The notes below the pieces were generated by a model. It did not search any database. It was not told where the DNA came from and worked only from the letters and a program-made list of their open reading frames with translations. This document shows, one piece after another, positions 35,713-45,870 of a stretch of 64,000 nt of DNA (positions within the stretch are counted from its first letter, which is position 1; each line of letters begins with the position of its first letter). Origin of the DNA: an uncultured Phycisphaerales bacterium (GTDB lineage: Bacteria; Planctomycetota; Phycisphaerae; Tepidisphaerales; Tepidisphaeraceae); contig CAVWLP010000002.1 in the NCBI GenBank assembly GCA_963755915.1, positions 4,192,001-4,256,000 of the forward strand. The letters run 5' to 3'. The position numbers were made by a program, and so were the translations under genes.

Positions 35713-37440
35713 ATGAGATGGACAGTTGGAATGAAAATCGGATCCGGATTCGGATTGATATCGGCGATCCTTTTGATCGTCGGAATCGTGTCGTATCGCA
35801 GCATCAACAAGCTGATCGATACGGCCGACTGGGTTACCCATACCCATAAGGTATTGGAGAACCTCAACGGCGTGGTCCTGAACATGGTCAACGCCGAGAC
35901 AGGCCAACGCGGCTTCGTCATCACCAACGACGAAAAATACCTAGAGCCTTACCAGTACGGAGTTGGCCTTGCCGTGCAGGATCTGCAGGAAGTCCGGGCC
36001 TTGACGGTGGACAATCCGATCGAGCAACGGCGCCTGGACGTGCTGGAGCCGATGGTAGCCCATGAGCTGGCGATCATGAAGGATGCGATCGAGTCGCAGC
36101 GAGCCAAGGGTGTCCAGGCCGGCCAGCAATGGGTCGATACCGGCGAGGGAAAAGCAGGAATGGACGCCATTCGCGCCAAAGTCGCGGAGATGGAGGATGA
36201 AGAACATGGATTGCTGTTGACTCGCGCCGATGAGGCGCAGACGACGGTCGCCAACACGCGCCAGATCATTCTTTGGTGCACGCTTGGTGCGTTCGCGGCC
36301 TCCTGTCTTGCCGGGTTTTTCATCGCACGCAGCATTTCCGTACCCTTGAAGGAAATCACCCGCGCTGCCGAGAAGATGGCGGTCGGAGATCTGGACGTTG
36401 AAATCTCCAAACAAAAGCGCAGCGACGAGGTGGGCGCCCTGGCTCTCACCTTCATCGGCATGACCGATTCGCTAAGAAGTATGGCGCAATTCGCGGCGAA
36501 AATCGCCGAGGGCGATCTGCGGGTCAAGATCGAACCACAATCGCCGAAAGACAAGCTCGGCAACGCATTCGCGTTGATGGTGCAGAACCTGCAGCGCACC
36601 ACTTCGCAGATGCGCGAAGGGGTCAACGTGCTGAGTTCCTCGGCCAACCAGATTTCGAGCTCGACAACGCAACTGGCGGCTGGCGCTGTGGAGACCGCCA
36701 CCGCCGTCAGCCAAGCGACGACCACCGTTGAGGAAGTCCGTCAGGCCGCCCAGATTTCCAGCCAGAAGGCCAAGGCCGTTTCTGATAACGCCATGAACAT
36801 GACTCAGATTTCGCAGGGGGGCGCCAAGTCCACGGAGGAGACCATCAGTGGAATCAGCCGTATTCGGACCCAGATGGAAACCATTGCCGACACCACGGTG
36901 CGCCTCAGCGAACAGACGCAGACCATCAGCCAGATCGTCGCGACCGTCGAGGATTTGGCCGCGCAATCCAATCTTCTGGCCGTCAACGCGTCGATCGAAG
37001 CAGCCAAGGCCGGCGAGCAGGGAAAGGGCTTCGCCGTAGTCGCCCAGGAGGTACGGGCTCTGGCCGAACAGTCCAAGCAGGCTACCAGCCAGGTGCGGAG
37101 CATTTTGGCGGATATTCAGAAGGCGACCAGCGCCGCCGTCATGGCGACCGAACAAGGCGGCAAGGCCGTCGATGCCGGCGTCAAGCAGTCCGCCATCGCC
37201 GGAAAGTCGATTCAAACTCTGTCCGACAGCATCACCGAAGCGGCCCAGGCCGCCACGCAGATCGCCGCCTCCAGCCAGCAGCAGTTGGTCGGCGTCGATC
37301 AGGTTGCATCGGCGATGGAAAGCGTGAAGGAGGCTAGCGGTCAAAACGCCGACAGCGCCAAGCAACTTGAAGCGGCCGTTCACAATCTCAAGGAACTGGG
37401 TCAGAAGCTCAAGTTGTCGGTGGAGATGTACAAGGTCTGA
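35713..37440 (+). CDS. Methyl-accepting chemotaxis protein with CHASE3 sensor and HAMP domains
   Basis: TM1, WVTHT...AETGQRGF...YLEPY (CHASE3), TM2, HAMP, QSNLLAVNASIEAAKAGEQGKGFAVVAQEVRALAEQS. Confidence 0.93.
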   Translation: MRWTVGMKIGSGFGLISAILLIVGIVSYRSINKLIDTADWVTHTHKVLENLNGVVLNMVNAETGQRGFVITNDEKYLEPYQYGVGLAVQDLQEVRALTVDNPIEQRRLDVLEPMVAHELAIMKDAIESQRAKGVQAGQQWVDTGEGKAGMDAIRAKVAEMEDEEHGLLLTRADEAQTTVANTRQIILWCTLGAFAASCLAGFFIARSISVPLKEITRAAEKMAVGDLDVEISKQKRSDEVGALALTFIGMTDSLRSMAQFAAKIAEGDLRVKIEPQSPKDKLGNAFALMVQNLQRTTSQMREGVNVLSSSANQISSSTTQLAAGAVETATAVSQATTTVEEVRQAAQISSQKAKAVSDNAMNMTQISQGGAKSTEETISGISRIRTQMETIADTTVRLSEQTQTISQIVATVEDLAAQSNLLAVNASIEAAKAGEQGKGFAVVAQEVRALAEQSKQATSQVRSILADIQKATSAAVMATEQGGKAVDAGVKQSAIAGKSIQTLSDSITEAAQAATQIAASSQQQLVGVDQVASAMESVKEASGQNADSAKQLEAAVHNLKELGQKLKLSVEMYKV

Positions 37441-37458
37441 CCGGTCGCCGCTTATGGG

Positions 37459-39723
37459 ATGAAGTTCATGCCGACTCCGAATGAAAAATTTCTCCAGCGT
37501 CTGCGGGCGACCTTCAAGGTCGAGGCCGAGGAGCATTTGCAGGCGATCTCGTCAATGTTGCTGGACCTGGAGAAATCGCCCGCCTCCAGTCCGACGCAGA
37601 CGGCAGTGGAAAACGTCTACCGCGAGGCCCACAGCCTTAAGGGAGCCGCGCACTCCGTGGATTTCTCAGAGATCGAAGCGATTTGCCAGACGATTGAGGG
37701 GGTTTTTTCCGGTTGGAAACGCGATCTGATCGTTCCCTCTCCCGAGGCGATGGACGGGCTACACCAAGCATTGGACAAAATCCGCGCGCTGCTGGCCGAT
37801 CCATCTTCCGGTCCCGCGGACTCGCCGCAATCGTCCGCCCCGCCGATTGATCGACCTGATCCGCCGAACCCAGTCGCGCCTACAGCCGAGACGCCCGCGC
37901 CGCCGCCGGTTGCCGGACCCGATCCCGAGAAATTTTCCGCCGCGCAGACGGTGCGCATCTCCATCGACAAGTTGGACGCGCAACTGCTCCAGGTCGAAGA
38001 AATGTTGATCGTCAAATCCATGGCGACCGATCACGCGGCCGATATGCGCGAATTGTCGGCCCGTTTCGAACAATGGCGAAAACGATGGGGACAGGTTTCT
38101 TCCGGCTTGCTGACGCTTCGGCAAACTTTGGAACGCAAAGGCGAATCCGACGTTTCGGCGGAAATGCCGTTGGTCTCATCCGCGCTCGCGGAATTTCTTG
38201 ACTGGAACGCCGACTATCTCCGCTCGATGGAAAGCAGGCTGCTCTCGCTCAGTGTCCAGGCCGAACGCGATCGCCACACGGTTGTAAAGCACGTCGACGA
38301 CCTTCTGGACGAATCCAAGAAGCTTCGCATGCTTCCTTTTTCGACCGTTTCGGGGGTATTCCCCAAGCTGATCCGCGATCTGTGCCGTGATCAGAACAAG
38401 GAAGCGGACATTGCCATCAGCGGCAACGAAATCGAGATTGACAAGCGCATCCTTGAAGAAATGAAGGATGCGCTGATTCACGTTCTTCGCAATTGCGTCG
38501 ATCATGGCATCGAGACCTCCGACCAGCGCGCGGCCCACAACAAACCGCCTCGCGCCGCCATCCAAATCGCCGTTTCGCCGGTCAATGGAAGCAAGGTTGA
38601 AATCCTGGTTTCCGACGACGGCGCCGGCGTGGACATCGAACGGGTCAAGGAATCGGCCGTCCGGCTTGGGATTATCTCGCAATCGGATGCGCACGCCATG
38701 AGCGAACGCGACGCCCTTTCTCTGGTGTTCAATTCGGAGGTCTCGGCCACGCAGACGGTCACCGCAATCTCCGGCCGGGGGCTTGGCATGGCAATCGTGC
38801 GGGCCAAAACCGAAAAACTCGGTGGACGCGTCACGATCGACAGCAAGCCTCACGTCGGCACGACCCTGCGGATACTGTTGCCGCTGAAACTGGCAACATT
38901 TCGGGGAATCGTCGTTTCCGCAGCAGGCGCTCTTTGCGTATTGCCGACACAGAACGTCGAACGCGCGCTTCGCGTCAAACCCGCCGACATTCAGACGATC
39001 GAAAATCGGGAATCGATTTCGTTGCAGGGACGGGCGATGTCGCTGGTGCGGCTCGACGCGGTGCTTGACCTTCCGCCCGGCCCTCGCCGGCAGGATGATG
39101 CCGCGCCAATTACCGTCGTCGTTCTCCATTCCGCCGGTCAGCGGATCGCGTTTGCCGTGGACGAGGTGTTGCGCGAAGAGGAAGTGCTCGTCAAAGCACT
39201 ACGCCGGCCGCTGGCGCGGGTGCGAAATATCGCGGGCGCGACCGTGCTCGAATCGGGCAAACCCGTGCCGATTCTCAACGTGACGGACCTGATCAAATCC
39301 GCGCGCTCGCGCGGGGGAGCGGTTCCCTTGCCGGCCGCGCCGGTCAAAGCCCCCGAGGCGCAAAAGCAAATCCTCGTCGTCGAGGATTCCATTACCTCCA
39401 GAATGCTCGTCAAGGGAATACTCGAATCCGCGGGCTACCAGGTGCGGATTGCGGTCGACGGCGTTGACGCCTTCACCCTGTTGCGCGAACACCCCTTCGA
39501 TCTGGTGGTTTCCGACGTGGAAATGCCTCGGATGGACGGTTACGACCTGGCCGGCAGAATCCGCGCCGACAAGCGGCTGTGTGATTTGCCCATCGTCCTG
39601 ATTACCGCGCTGGAATCACGTCAGGAGCGAGAACGCGGCATCGATGCCGGCGCCAGCGCTTACATCGTCAAAAGCAGTTTCGACCAAAGCAACCTTCTGG
39701 AGGCTGTTCGCAAACTGATCTGA
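37459..39723 (+). CDS. cheA: Hybrid CheA (Hpt-HATPase-CheW-REC, WspE-like)
   Basis: REAHSLKGAA, HVLRNCVDHGIE, DDGAG, SGRGLGM, CheW domain and C-terminal REC (VVEDS, SDVEMPRMDG). Confidence 0.94.
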   Translation: MKFMPTPNEKFLQRLRATFKVEAEEHLQAISSMLLDLEKSPASSPTQTAVENVYREAHSLKGAAHSVDFSEIEAICQTIEGVFSGWKRDLIVPSPEAMDGLHQALDKIRALLADPSSGPADSPQSSAPPIDRPDPPNPVAPTAETPAPPPVAGPDPEKFSAAQTVRISIDKLDAQLLQVEEMLIVKSMATDHAADMRELSARFEQWRKRWGQVSSGLLTLRQTLERKGESDVSAEMPLVSSALAEFLDWNADYLRSMESRLLSLSVQAERDRHTVVKHVDDLLDESKKLRMLPFSTVSGVFPKLIRDLCRDQNKEADIAISGNEIEIDKRILEEMKDALIHVLRNCVDHGIETSDQRAAHNKPPRAAIQIAVSPVNGSKVEILVSDDGAGVDIERVKESAVRLGIISQSDAHAMSERDALSLVFNSEVSATQTVTAISGRGLGMAIVRAKTEKLGGRVTIDSKPHVGTTLRILLPLKLATFRGIVVSAAGALCVLPTQNVERALRVKPADIQTIENRESISLQGRAMSLVRLDAVLDLPPGPRRQDDAAPITVVVLHSAGQRIAFAVDEVLREEEVLVKALRRPLARVRNIAGATVLESGKPVPILNVTDLIKSARSRGGAVPLPAAPVKAPEAQKQILVVEDSITSRMLVKGILESAGYQVRIAVDGVDAFTLLREHPFDLVVSDVEMPRMDGYDLAGRIRADKRLCDLPIVLITALESRQERERGIDAGASAYIVKSSFDQSNLLEAVRKLI

Positions 39724-39733
39724 ATCGTGAGCC

Positions 39734-40822
39734 ATGAGCAAGGAACGGAAGATCAAAGTTCTACTGGTCGAGAACGTCGGCGCGGCGCCGGGCGGACTGG
39801 CGAACATTCTTGGTTCCGACCCCGAGATTCAAGTGGTCGGCGTCGTGCGCAACGGACGCGGGGCCTTGCAGTTCCTTGCAAGGAATGCCGCGAATGTCGT
39901 GCTTCTGGATATCGAAACCCCGGCTATCGACGGCTTCGAGACCACTCGAATCATCATGGAGACCCAACCGCTCCCGATCGTTGTCTGCAATCGCGGCGGC
40001 GATCCGCGCGGCTCGGTCGCGATGTTCCAGTCGATGCAGGCAGGCGCCGTGGCCTGCGTCGAAAAGCCGCGCGACCCCAACCATAGCGAGTTTCGCCAGC
40101 GTTCAACCCATCTCCTGCAAACCGTGAAGCTGATGTCCGAAATCAAAGTCGTTCATCGCTGGCCTCGATCGCGGCAAAGCGCCGAGCCGGAAGCCCTCAC
40201 CATTCCGACACGCCGGCTCCGTTCGTGCGCCCAAATTGAACTCGTCGGGATTGGCGCTTCCACCGGCGGTCCGCCGGTCTTGCGCACCATTCTCGCCGCG
40301 CTTCCCAGGGATTTTGCCGTTCCTATTCTGATCGTGCAGCATATCGCCCCGGGTTTTTTGCCGGGACTTGCCGATTGGCTCGGTCACTCCACCGGCATGA
40401 AAATCCACATTGCCGCGCATCAGCTCCAAACGCACCCTGGCCATGTCTATTTAGCCCCGGACGGCCAGCACATGACCATCGATCGCGGCCGTTCGATCCT
40501 CCTGAACCGGGCCGAACCGGACAACGGCATGCGTCCATCCGTTGACCATCTTTTTCGTTCACTCGCCGATGGCTTTGGCCCCGGCGCCGTCGGCGTATTG
40601 CTGACCGGCATGGGCAGGGACGGAGCGGAGGAATTGAAACGCATGCGAGACCGCGGCGCTGCGACCATTGCGCAGGATCAGGAGACTTCCGTCGTATATG
40701 GAATGCCCGGCGAAGCCATCGCTCTGGGCGCCGCCAGCTATATTTTTCCGCCCGACAAAATCGCCTACGCGCTCGCCGCTTTGGTTCAGCAACAACCTGT
40801 TTATGAAGGAGTTCAATCATGA
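39734..40822 (+). CDS. cheB: CheB methylesterase (WspF-like)
   Basis: REC domain plus GIGASTGGP, IVQHI, RPSVD, LTGMGRDGA, VYGMP. Confidence 0.93.
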   Translation: MSKERKIKVLLVENVGAAPGGLANILGSDPEIQVVGVVRNGRGALQFLARNAANVVLLDIETPAIDGFETTRIIMETQPLPIVVCNRGGDPRGSVAMFQSMQAGAVACVEKPRDPNHSEFRQRSTHLLQTVKLMSEIKVVHRWPRSRQSAEPEALTIPTRRLRSCAQIELVGIGASTGGPPVLRTILAALPRDFAVPILIVQHIAPGFLPGLADWLGHSTGMKIHIAAHQLQTHPGHVYLAPDGQHMTIDRGRSILLNRAEPDNGMRPSVDHLFRSLADGFGPGAVGVLLTGMGRDGAEELKRMRDRGAATIAQDQETSVVYGMPGEAIALGAASYIFPPDKIAYALAALVQQQPVYEGVQS

Positions 40823-42071
40823 TTGCCGCTCCCGAAGTCGCCACCGCTTCCGCGACGATTCTTATCGCCGAGGACAGCGCCACTCAGGCCGAGAAGCTCA
40901 AATATATTCTGGAAAGCCAAAGTTATCGCGTGATGGCCGCCGTCAATGGCCGCGAGGCGCTGGAGATGGCCCGCCAGGAAAAACCCACTCTGGTCATCAG
41001 CGATGTCGTGATGCCCGAAATGGACGGCTATCAGCTTTGTCACGAGATCAAATCCGATCCAGGGCTCAGCAACGTCCCGGTAATTCTTGTCACAACGCTG
41101 TCGGACCCGCAAGACGTGATCCGCGGCCTGGAATGCCGCGCCGACAACTTCCTTATCAAACCCTACGAAGAACGCCACCTTCTTTCGCGAATTCAGTTTG
41201 TGCTCGTCAATCGCGAAATCCGCGAGCACGACCATACCAGCATCGGCGTGGAGATATACTTCCACGGGCAGCGCCATTTCATCACCGCGGATCGCCTGCA
41301 AATACTCAACCTGCTGCTTTCCACCTACGAAGCCGCAATTCAGCGCAATCAGGAATTGACGCTGGCTAAGAACGAGCTTCGCCAATCCAACGCCTCCCTG
41401 GAGGCGGCCAACAAGGAACTGGAGTCGTTCAGTTATTCGGTGTCGCACGATTTGCGCGCTCCCTGCGCGCGATACATGGATTCACCGAAATGGTCCTCGA
41501 CGAGCAGGCCGGCCAACTGGACGACACTGGCCGGGAACATCTCCTTCGCGTTCAAAACGCCTGCACGCGAATGGGACATCTCATCGACGATCTCCTGAAC
41601 CTGGCGAAGGTTGCACGCTGCGAAATTAATCGAAGCCCGGTGGACCTCAGCCCGATCGGAAAGGCTATTCTTGCCGATCTTCAAAGGACGCAGCCGGATC
41701 GGCAGGTGAGTTGCCGTATCGACGACAAACTCGTCGCCGACGGTGACGGCCGGCTTCTGCAGATTGTGCTGGAAAACCTGCTCGGAAATGCGTGGAAGTT
41801 CACCTCGAAGCGAAAGGATGCGGTCATCGAGTTGACCTCAAAGCGTCAGGATGACCAGCAGGTTTTCGTGGTGCGCGACAACGGCGCCGGGTTTGACATG
41901 GCCCACGCCGAAAAACTCTTCGGAGCGTTCCAACGCCTGCATTCCGCGACCGAATTTCCCGGCACCGGAATCGGGTTGGCTACCGTCCGGCGCATCATCC
42001 AACTCCACGGCGGTCGCATCTGGGCCGAATCCGAACCGCAGGCGGGGGCCACGTTCTTCTTTACGATTTGA
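40819..42071 (+). CDS. REC-histidine kinase hybrid, chemosensory output (frameshift near 41465)
   Basis: REC (AEDS, SDVVMPEMDG), H-box FSYSVSHDLRAP, NLLGNAWKF, DNGAGF, FQRLH, GTGIGLA. Confidence 0.9.
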
Positions 42072-42225
42072 CGTTTGGAGCCGGAATTTTCAGTCAGGCG
42101 ATCGCCCCGCCGTCGTCCTCTTTCTAGAAGCGCGCGGCGGGCAGGCAGGTGCTTGCGCAAATTCTTCACGATATTGCCGTCGCCCTTGTTAATCTGGGCT
42201 TGAACAATTCTCATCTCAAACATTT

Positions 42226-43255
42226 TAGAGCATTTCCTTTTCCAAACTAGCGCCAGGCATCGACCTGTGCTAACCTCCGAAACAACAAGGAGGTTTTCAT
42301 GGCTTCCCAGATCACCCTCACCCGTCGATGGATCATCTCGGCCTATCAAGCCGGCAAGGGCACCAAGGAAATCGCCGCGATCTTCGGCCGGTGCGAATCA
42401 GCCGTTCGCCGCGTGCGGCAGAATCATCGCGAGCGCGGAACCGCGGACCCGCTGCTCCACCTTCGCGGCCGCAAAGGAAAACTCACCGACCAGATCAAAA
42501 CGCAGCTCGGGCAATTCGTGGCGGATCATCCCGACGCCACGCTCGCTGAAATCAAGGAGCAATTGCAACTGGACGTGGCGCTCTCCACGGTGGACCGTTG
42601 GGTCGGGAAGCTGGATTTGTCCTTTAAAAAAAGTCCCTCCACGCCGCCGAGCAGGAGCGGCCCGACGTCGCCGAGGCGCATGCGCAATGGGAACAAAACG
42701 TAAAGCAGGTCGATCCCAATCGCCTGGTTTTTCTGGATGAATCCGGGGCCAAAACCAACTTCACCCGCCTGCGTGGCCGCTGCGCCCGGGGTGAACGATT
42801 GGTGTGCAGGGTCCCGGCCGGACACTGGAGCACGACCACCATGATCGCCGCGGTGCGAGTCGGCGGCGCCATCGCCGGCGCGGTGGTGAAAGGACCGATG
42901 GACGGCGACGTTTTCGTCGTGTGGGTGCGTGAGGCGCTGCTTCCAGGACTGCGGCCCGGCGACATCGTGGTGATGGACAATCTGCCGGCTCACAAGCGGC
43001 CGGCGGTGCGGGCGATGATCGAAGCGGCGGGCTGTGAATTACGGCTGCTGCCGCCTTATTCTCCGGATTGGAATCCGATCGAGATGATGTGGAGCAAGGT
43101 GAAGCAGTTGATCCGCGGCGCCGAGCCCAGAACATTCGAAGCGTTGGTGGAGGCGGTGTTCAAGGCGATGGATGCAATCACGGCCGGCGACGCCGAGGGA
43201 TTCTTTGAGCACTGCGGCTATCACCTTCCGCTAGCTTAATTTGGGAAATGCTCTA
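42226..43255 (+). mobile_element. IS630 family insertion sequence
   Basis: Ends TAGAGCATTTCC and GGAAATGCTCTA, including the TA duplication; encloses the transposase. Confidence 0.92.
42299..43239 (+). CDS. IS630 transposase (two ORFs joined by a -1 frameshift at TTTAAAAAAAG, about 42623-42633)
   Basis: HTH ORF 42299-42703; DDE part LVFLDESG, VVMDNLPAHK, LPPYSPDWNPIE. Confidence 0.9.
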
Positions 43256-43314
43256 ATCTCCACTTTGATCGGTATTCGGCGAACAACTTATTGATCTCGC
43301 GCAGTTCGAGGAAA

Positions 43315-45870
43315 TTATCTTGCCTTGGTGGTTAGTTTCCGTGCTACTGTGGCCAGGCCGACGACCATTACAAACTCAACGACCGTGCTTCTGGCGTACC
43401 AGGTGGTCAGATCGGAAGTAATCGGCTGGTTCCAGATGGACCAGGCGGTGAAGAGGGCGGCGATGGTTGTCACTAGGCCGAATCTCACCAGCGCGAGCAT
43501 AAGCAACATGGCCATTGAGGATTCAAAGAACCAATTCAGCGGGTCGGCGGCACGCCAGCGGACACTCACCGCGGCAACGATGGGAATGAAAGCCACGGCA
43601 GCGAGCCATCTGCTGCGCAGGATCAGACGCAACAGGACAAGCAAGAGCAGGCAGAGGAGAGAGGCCGCGACGGCTTCAACCATCGTGAACAACAATGTGC
43701 TGAAAGGGCTGCTGAACGCGAGCATGCGCACTTTAACATCCACACGCGGCAGAGCAGGGGCGCGGCCGATCCATTCGGGAACCATATTTTTGAATTGATC
43801 GAGAAGCATATAGGCGACGCCGATGACCATGCCGATCAAAATGTGCGCGCCCACAAGGGAATCGGCGATCCGACCAGTAAGGATACGACTCCAAGAGATG
43901 ACAGTTTCCGGCCAGATGCGGCGGACGTAGGGTTCGAGCGCAACGTAGATGATCCAGACCAGCGTAGCGTGTACGAGGACGGAGCCGAGTATGCGGGACA
44001 GGAGTTCCAACTCGATCTGAAGCTGCGGAACGTGGTGGGCGACCAGGAGTGAGATGACGATTTCGAGGATGCCAAAGAAGATCGCGACGCGACTCGCGCC
44101 GCGACGGTCCCCGCGGCCTTCATGAAGATTCCAACTGAGGAGGAAAAGGGAACCGGAAACGAGGGTGACCAGCAGCAAGGTTTGGAAGGTGACGTACGTT
44201 GGGCCAATCGAGGGAGGCGCAGGGATCAGCGCCTCCCACGGCTCGATGATCCGGAATGAGACGGGATTGCCATTGAGTGATGCGGCTTCAACCCGGACGT
44301 GCACCTGCGGCTCTTCTGGGTATGCCCCTTCCCATGCGTAGCGGGCATCCGCATAGGCCGGTGGCGTTAGCGCGGGCGGAACGCTGGTGAATTTGCCGAT
44401 GTCCAAACCGGCAGCGGTGAAGAGAGAAGCGAAATTGGCCACGGAAGTTGAAGCGGAGGAAGAATCGCCCGGTTGCGGGATAATTTCCAGGCGCTTGAGC
44501 CGGCCGAGCACGTCGAGCCAGACCTGTTTCGTGCCGGCGGAGAGTTTTCCGGTTGCATCGGGCGTGACGATGCTGAGGTAGTCGGTGGAGACGAAGTAAT
44601 CTGGGCTTTGGCAATACCAGAAAAAAACGGCGCCGGGTCGTGCCTGGCCGAGGCGTTCCCATTGGTGTTGTTTTGGCTGGTATCGTTCGATATAGCGGGC
44701 GAAATTTTCGTCGAACCAGAAATCATAGGCCTGATCAACGCTTTTGCCGTCCTGGCCGGTAAGGAGCAGGATGTTTTGCGCTTTTTCAACGAGGGCGTCC
44801 GGCGGTTTATCGAGATGGGCCTGTGGAAGGAAGAAGGCGAAGCGAGAAAGCAGGACGATAACGATGAGACCGACAATCGTTGCGGCCAGGCAGGTGGAGG
44901 CGACGACGCGGGAAAGGCCGGCGGTTCCACCGGCGGCGGCGACGACTTGCGGAGAAGGCGTTTCTCCGGCGGCGAGGGCGGCAGCAAGTGCATCGCCGCC
45001 AGGGAGCGCCGCGGCGACAGCAATGGCACTGGCGGGACGATTTTGCGGATCCTTTTCAAGGCATTGCTGGATGGTCCGTTCGACCAGTGGATCGATGTTC
45101 GGCTTCCATTTCGACGGCGGAGGGGGGACGACAGTTTCATGCAGGCGTTTGTATTCGAGTGTTGAATTGGCTTCGAATGCTGGCCTGCCGGTGAAGATTT
45201 CGTAGAGGACCAGGCCGAGTGAATAAATGTCGCTGCGCACGGTGGCTTTTCGGCCGCTGAAAAGTTCGGGGGCCATGTATGCGGGCGTCCCGGTGATCGC
45301 GCCGCGACCGGCTTCGTCGACAGTGGCGGCAATACCGAAGTCGGTGACGCGGACCTGACCCTGGCCGTCGAGCATGACATTGGCTAGCTTGAGGTCGCGG
45401 TGGAGAACGCTGCAACGATGTGCGGCGGCGAGGGCGGCGCACAACTGGCGGGCGATCTGGAGCGCTTTACTGCCGGAGATTCGGCTGATTCGGCGGAGCA
45501 AAGAGGCGAGGTTTTCGCCATCGACGTACTCCATGGTAATGAAAGCTTCGCCATCCACATTGCAGAGATCAAAAACGCGGCAGACGTGCGGGTGGCTGAC
45601 CTGGCGGCTGAGGCGGACTTCGTTTCGGAGCCAATCGAGCCAAATGGGGTCCTTGCCGTGGCCAGCGGTCAGAAATTTGAGGGCGACGGGTTGGTCGAGG
45701 GTAAGGTCGTCGGCACGATAGACTTCGCCCATGCCTCCGTAGCCGAGCAGGGCAACGATGCGATAGCGATTGGCGAAGACAGTACCGGGAGAGAAGCGAG
45801 AGATGTGGACGGAATCACTCGCGCCCTCAGATTTGGGGCCGTCGTCGACTGAAAGTGGCGTGCACACCAT
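43315..45870 (-). CDS. Membrane Ser/Thr protein kinase (Hanks type) with extracytoplasmic domain and about 8 TM helices
   Basis: LGYGGMGEVY, VALKFL, HRDLKLAN, DFG, GTPAYMAPE; then a TM helix, a soluble domain and a multi-TM C-terminus. Confidence 0.92.
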   Translation of the reverse strand: MVCTPLSVDDGPKSEGASDSVHISRFSPGTVFANRYRIVALLGYGGMGEVYRADDLTLDQPVALKFLTAGHGKDPIWLDWLRNEVRLSRQVSHPHVCRVFDLCNVDGEAFITMEYVDGENLASLLRRISRISGSKALQIARQLCAALAAAHRCSVLHRDLKLANVMLDGQGQVRVTDFGIAATVDEAGRGAITGTPAYMAPELFSGRKATVRSDIYSLGLVLYEIFTGRPAFEANSTLEYKRLHETVVPPPPSKWKPNIDPLVERTIQQCLEKDPQNRPASAIAVAAALPGGDALAAALAAGETPSPQVVAAAGGTAGLSRVVASTCLAATIVGLIVIVLLSRFAFFLPQAHLDKPPDALVEKAQNILLLTGQDGKSVDQAYDFWFDENFARYIERYQPKQHQWERLGQARPGAVFFWYCQSPDYFVSTDYLSIVTPDATGKLSAGTKQVWLDVLGRLKRLEIIPQPGDSSSASTSVANFASLFTAAGLDIGKFTSVPPALTPPAYADARYAWEGAYPEEPQVHVRVEAASLNGNPVSFRIIEPWEALIPAPPSIGPTYVTFQTLLLVTLVSGSLFLLSWNLHEGRGDRRGASRVAIFFGILEIVISLLVAHHVPQLQIELELLSRILGSVLVHATLVWIIYVALEPYVRRIWPETVISWSRILTGRIADSLVGAHILIGMVIGVAYMLLDQFKNMVPEWIGRAPALPRVDVKVRMLAFSSPFSTLLFTMVEAVAASLLCLLLLVLLRLILRSRWLAAVAFIPIVAAVSVRWRAADPLNWFFESSMAMLLMLALVRFGLVTTIAALFTAWSIWNQPITSDLTTWYARSTVVEFVMVVGLATVARKLTTKAR

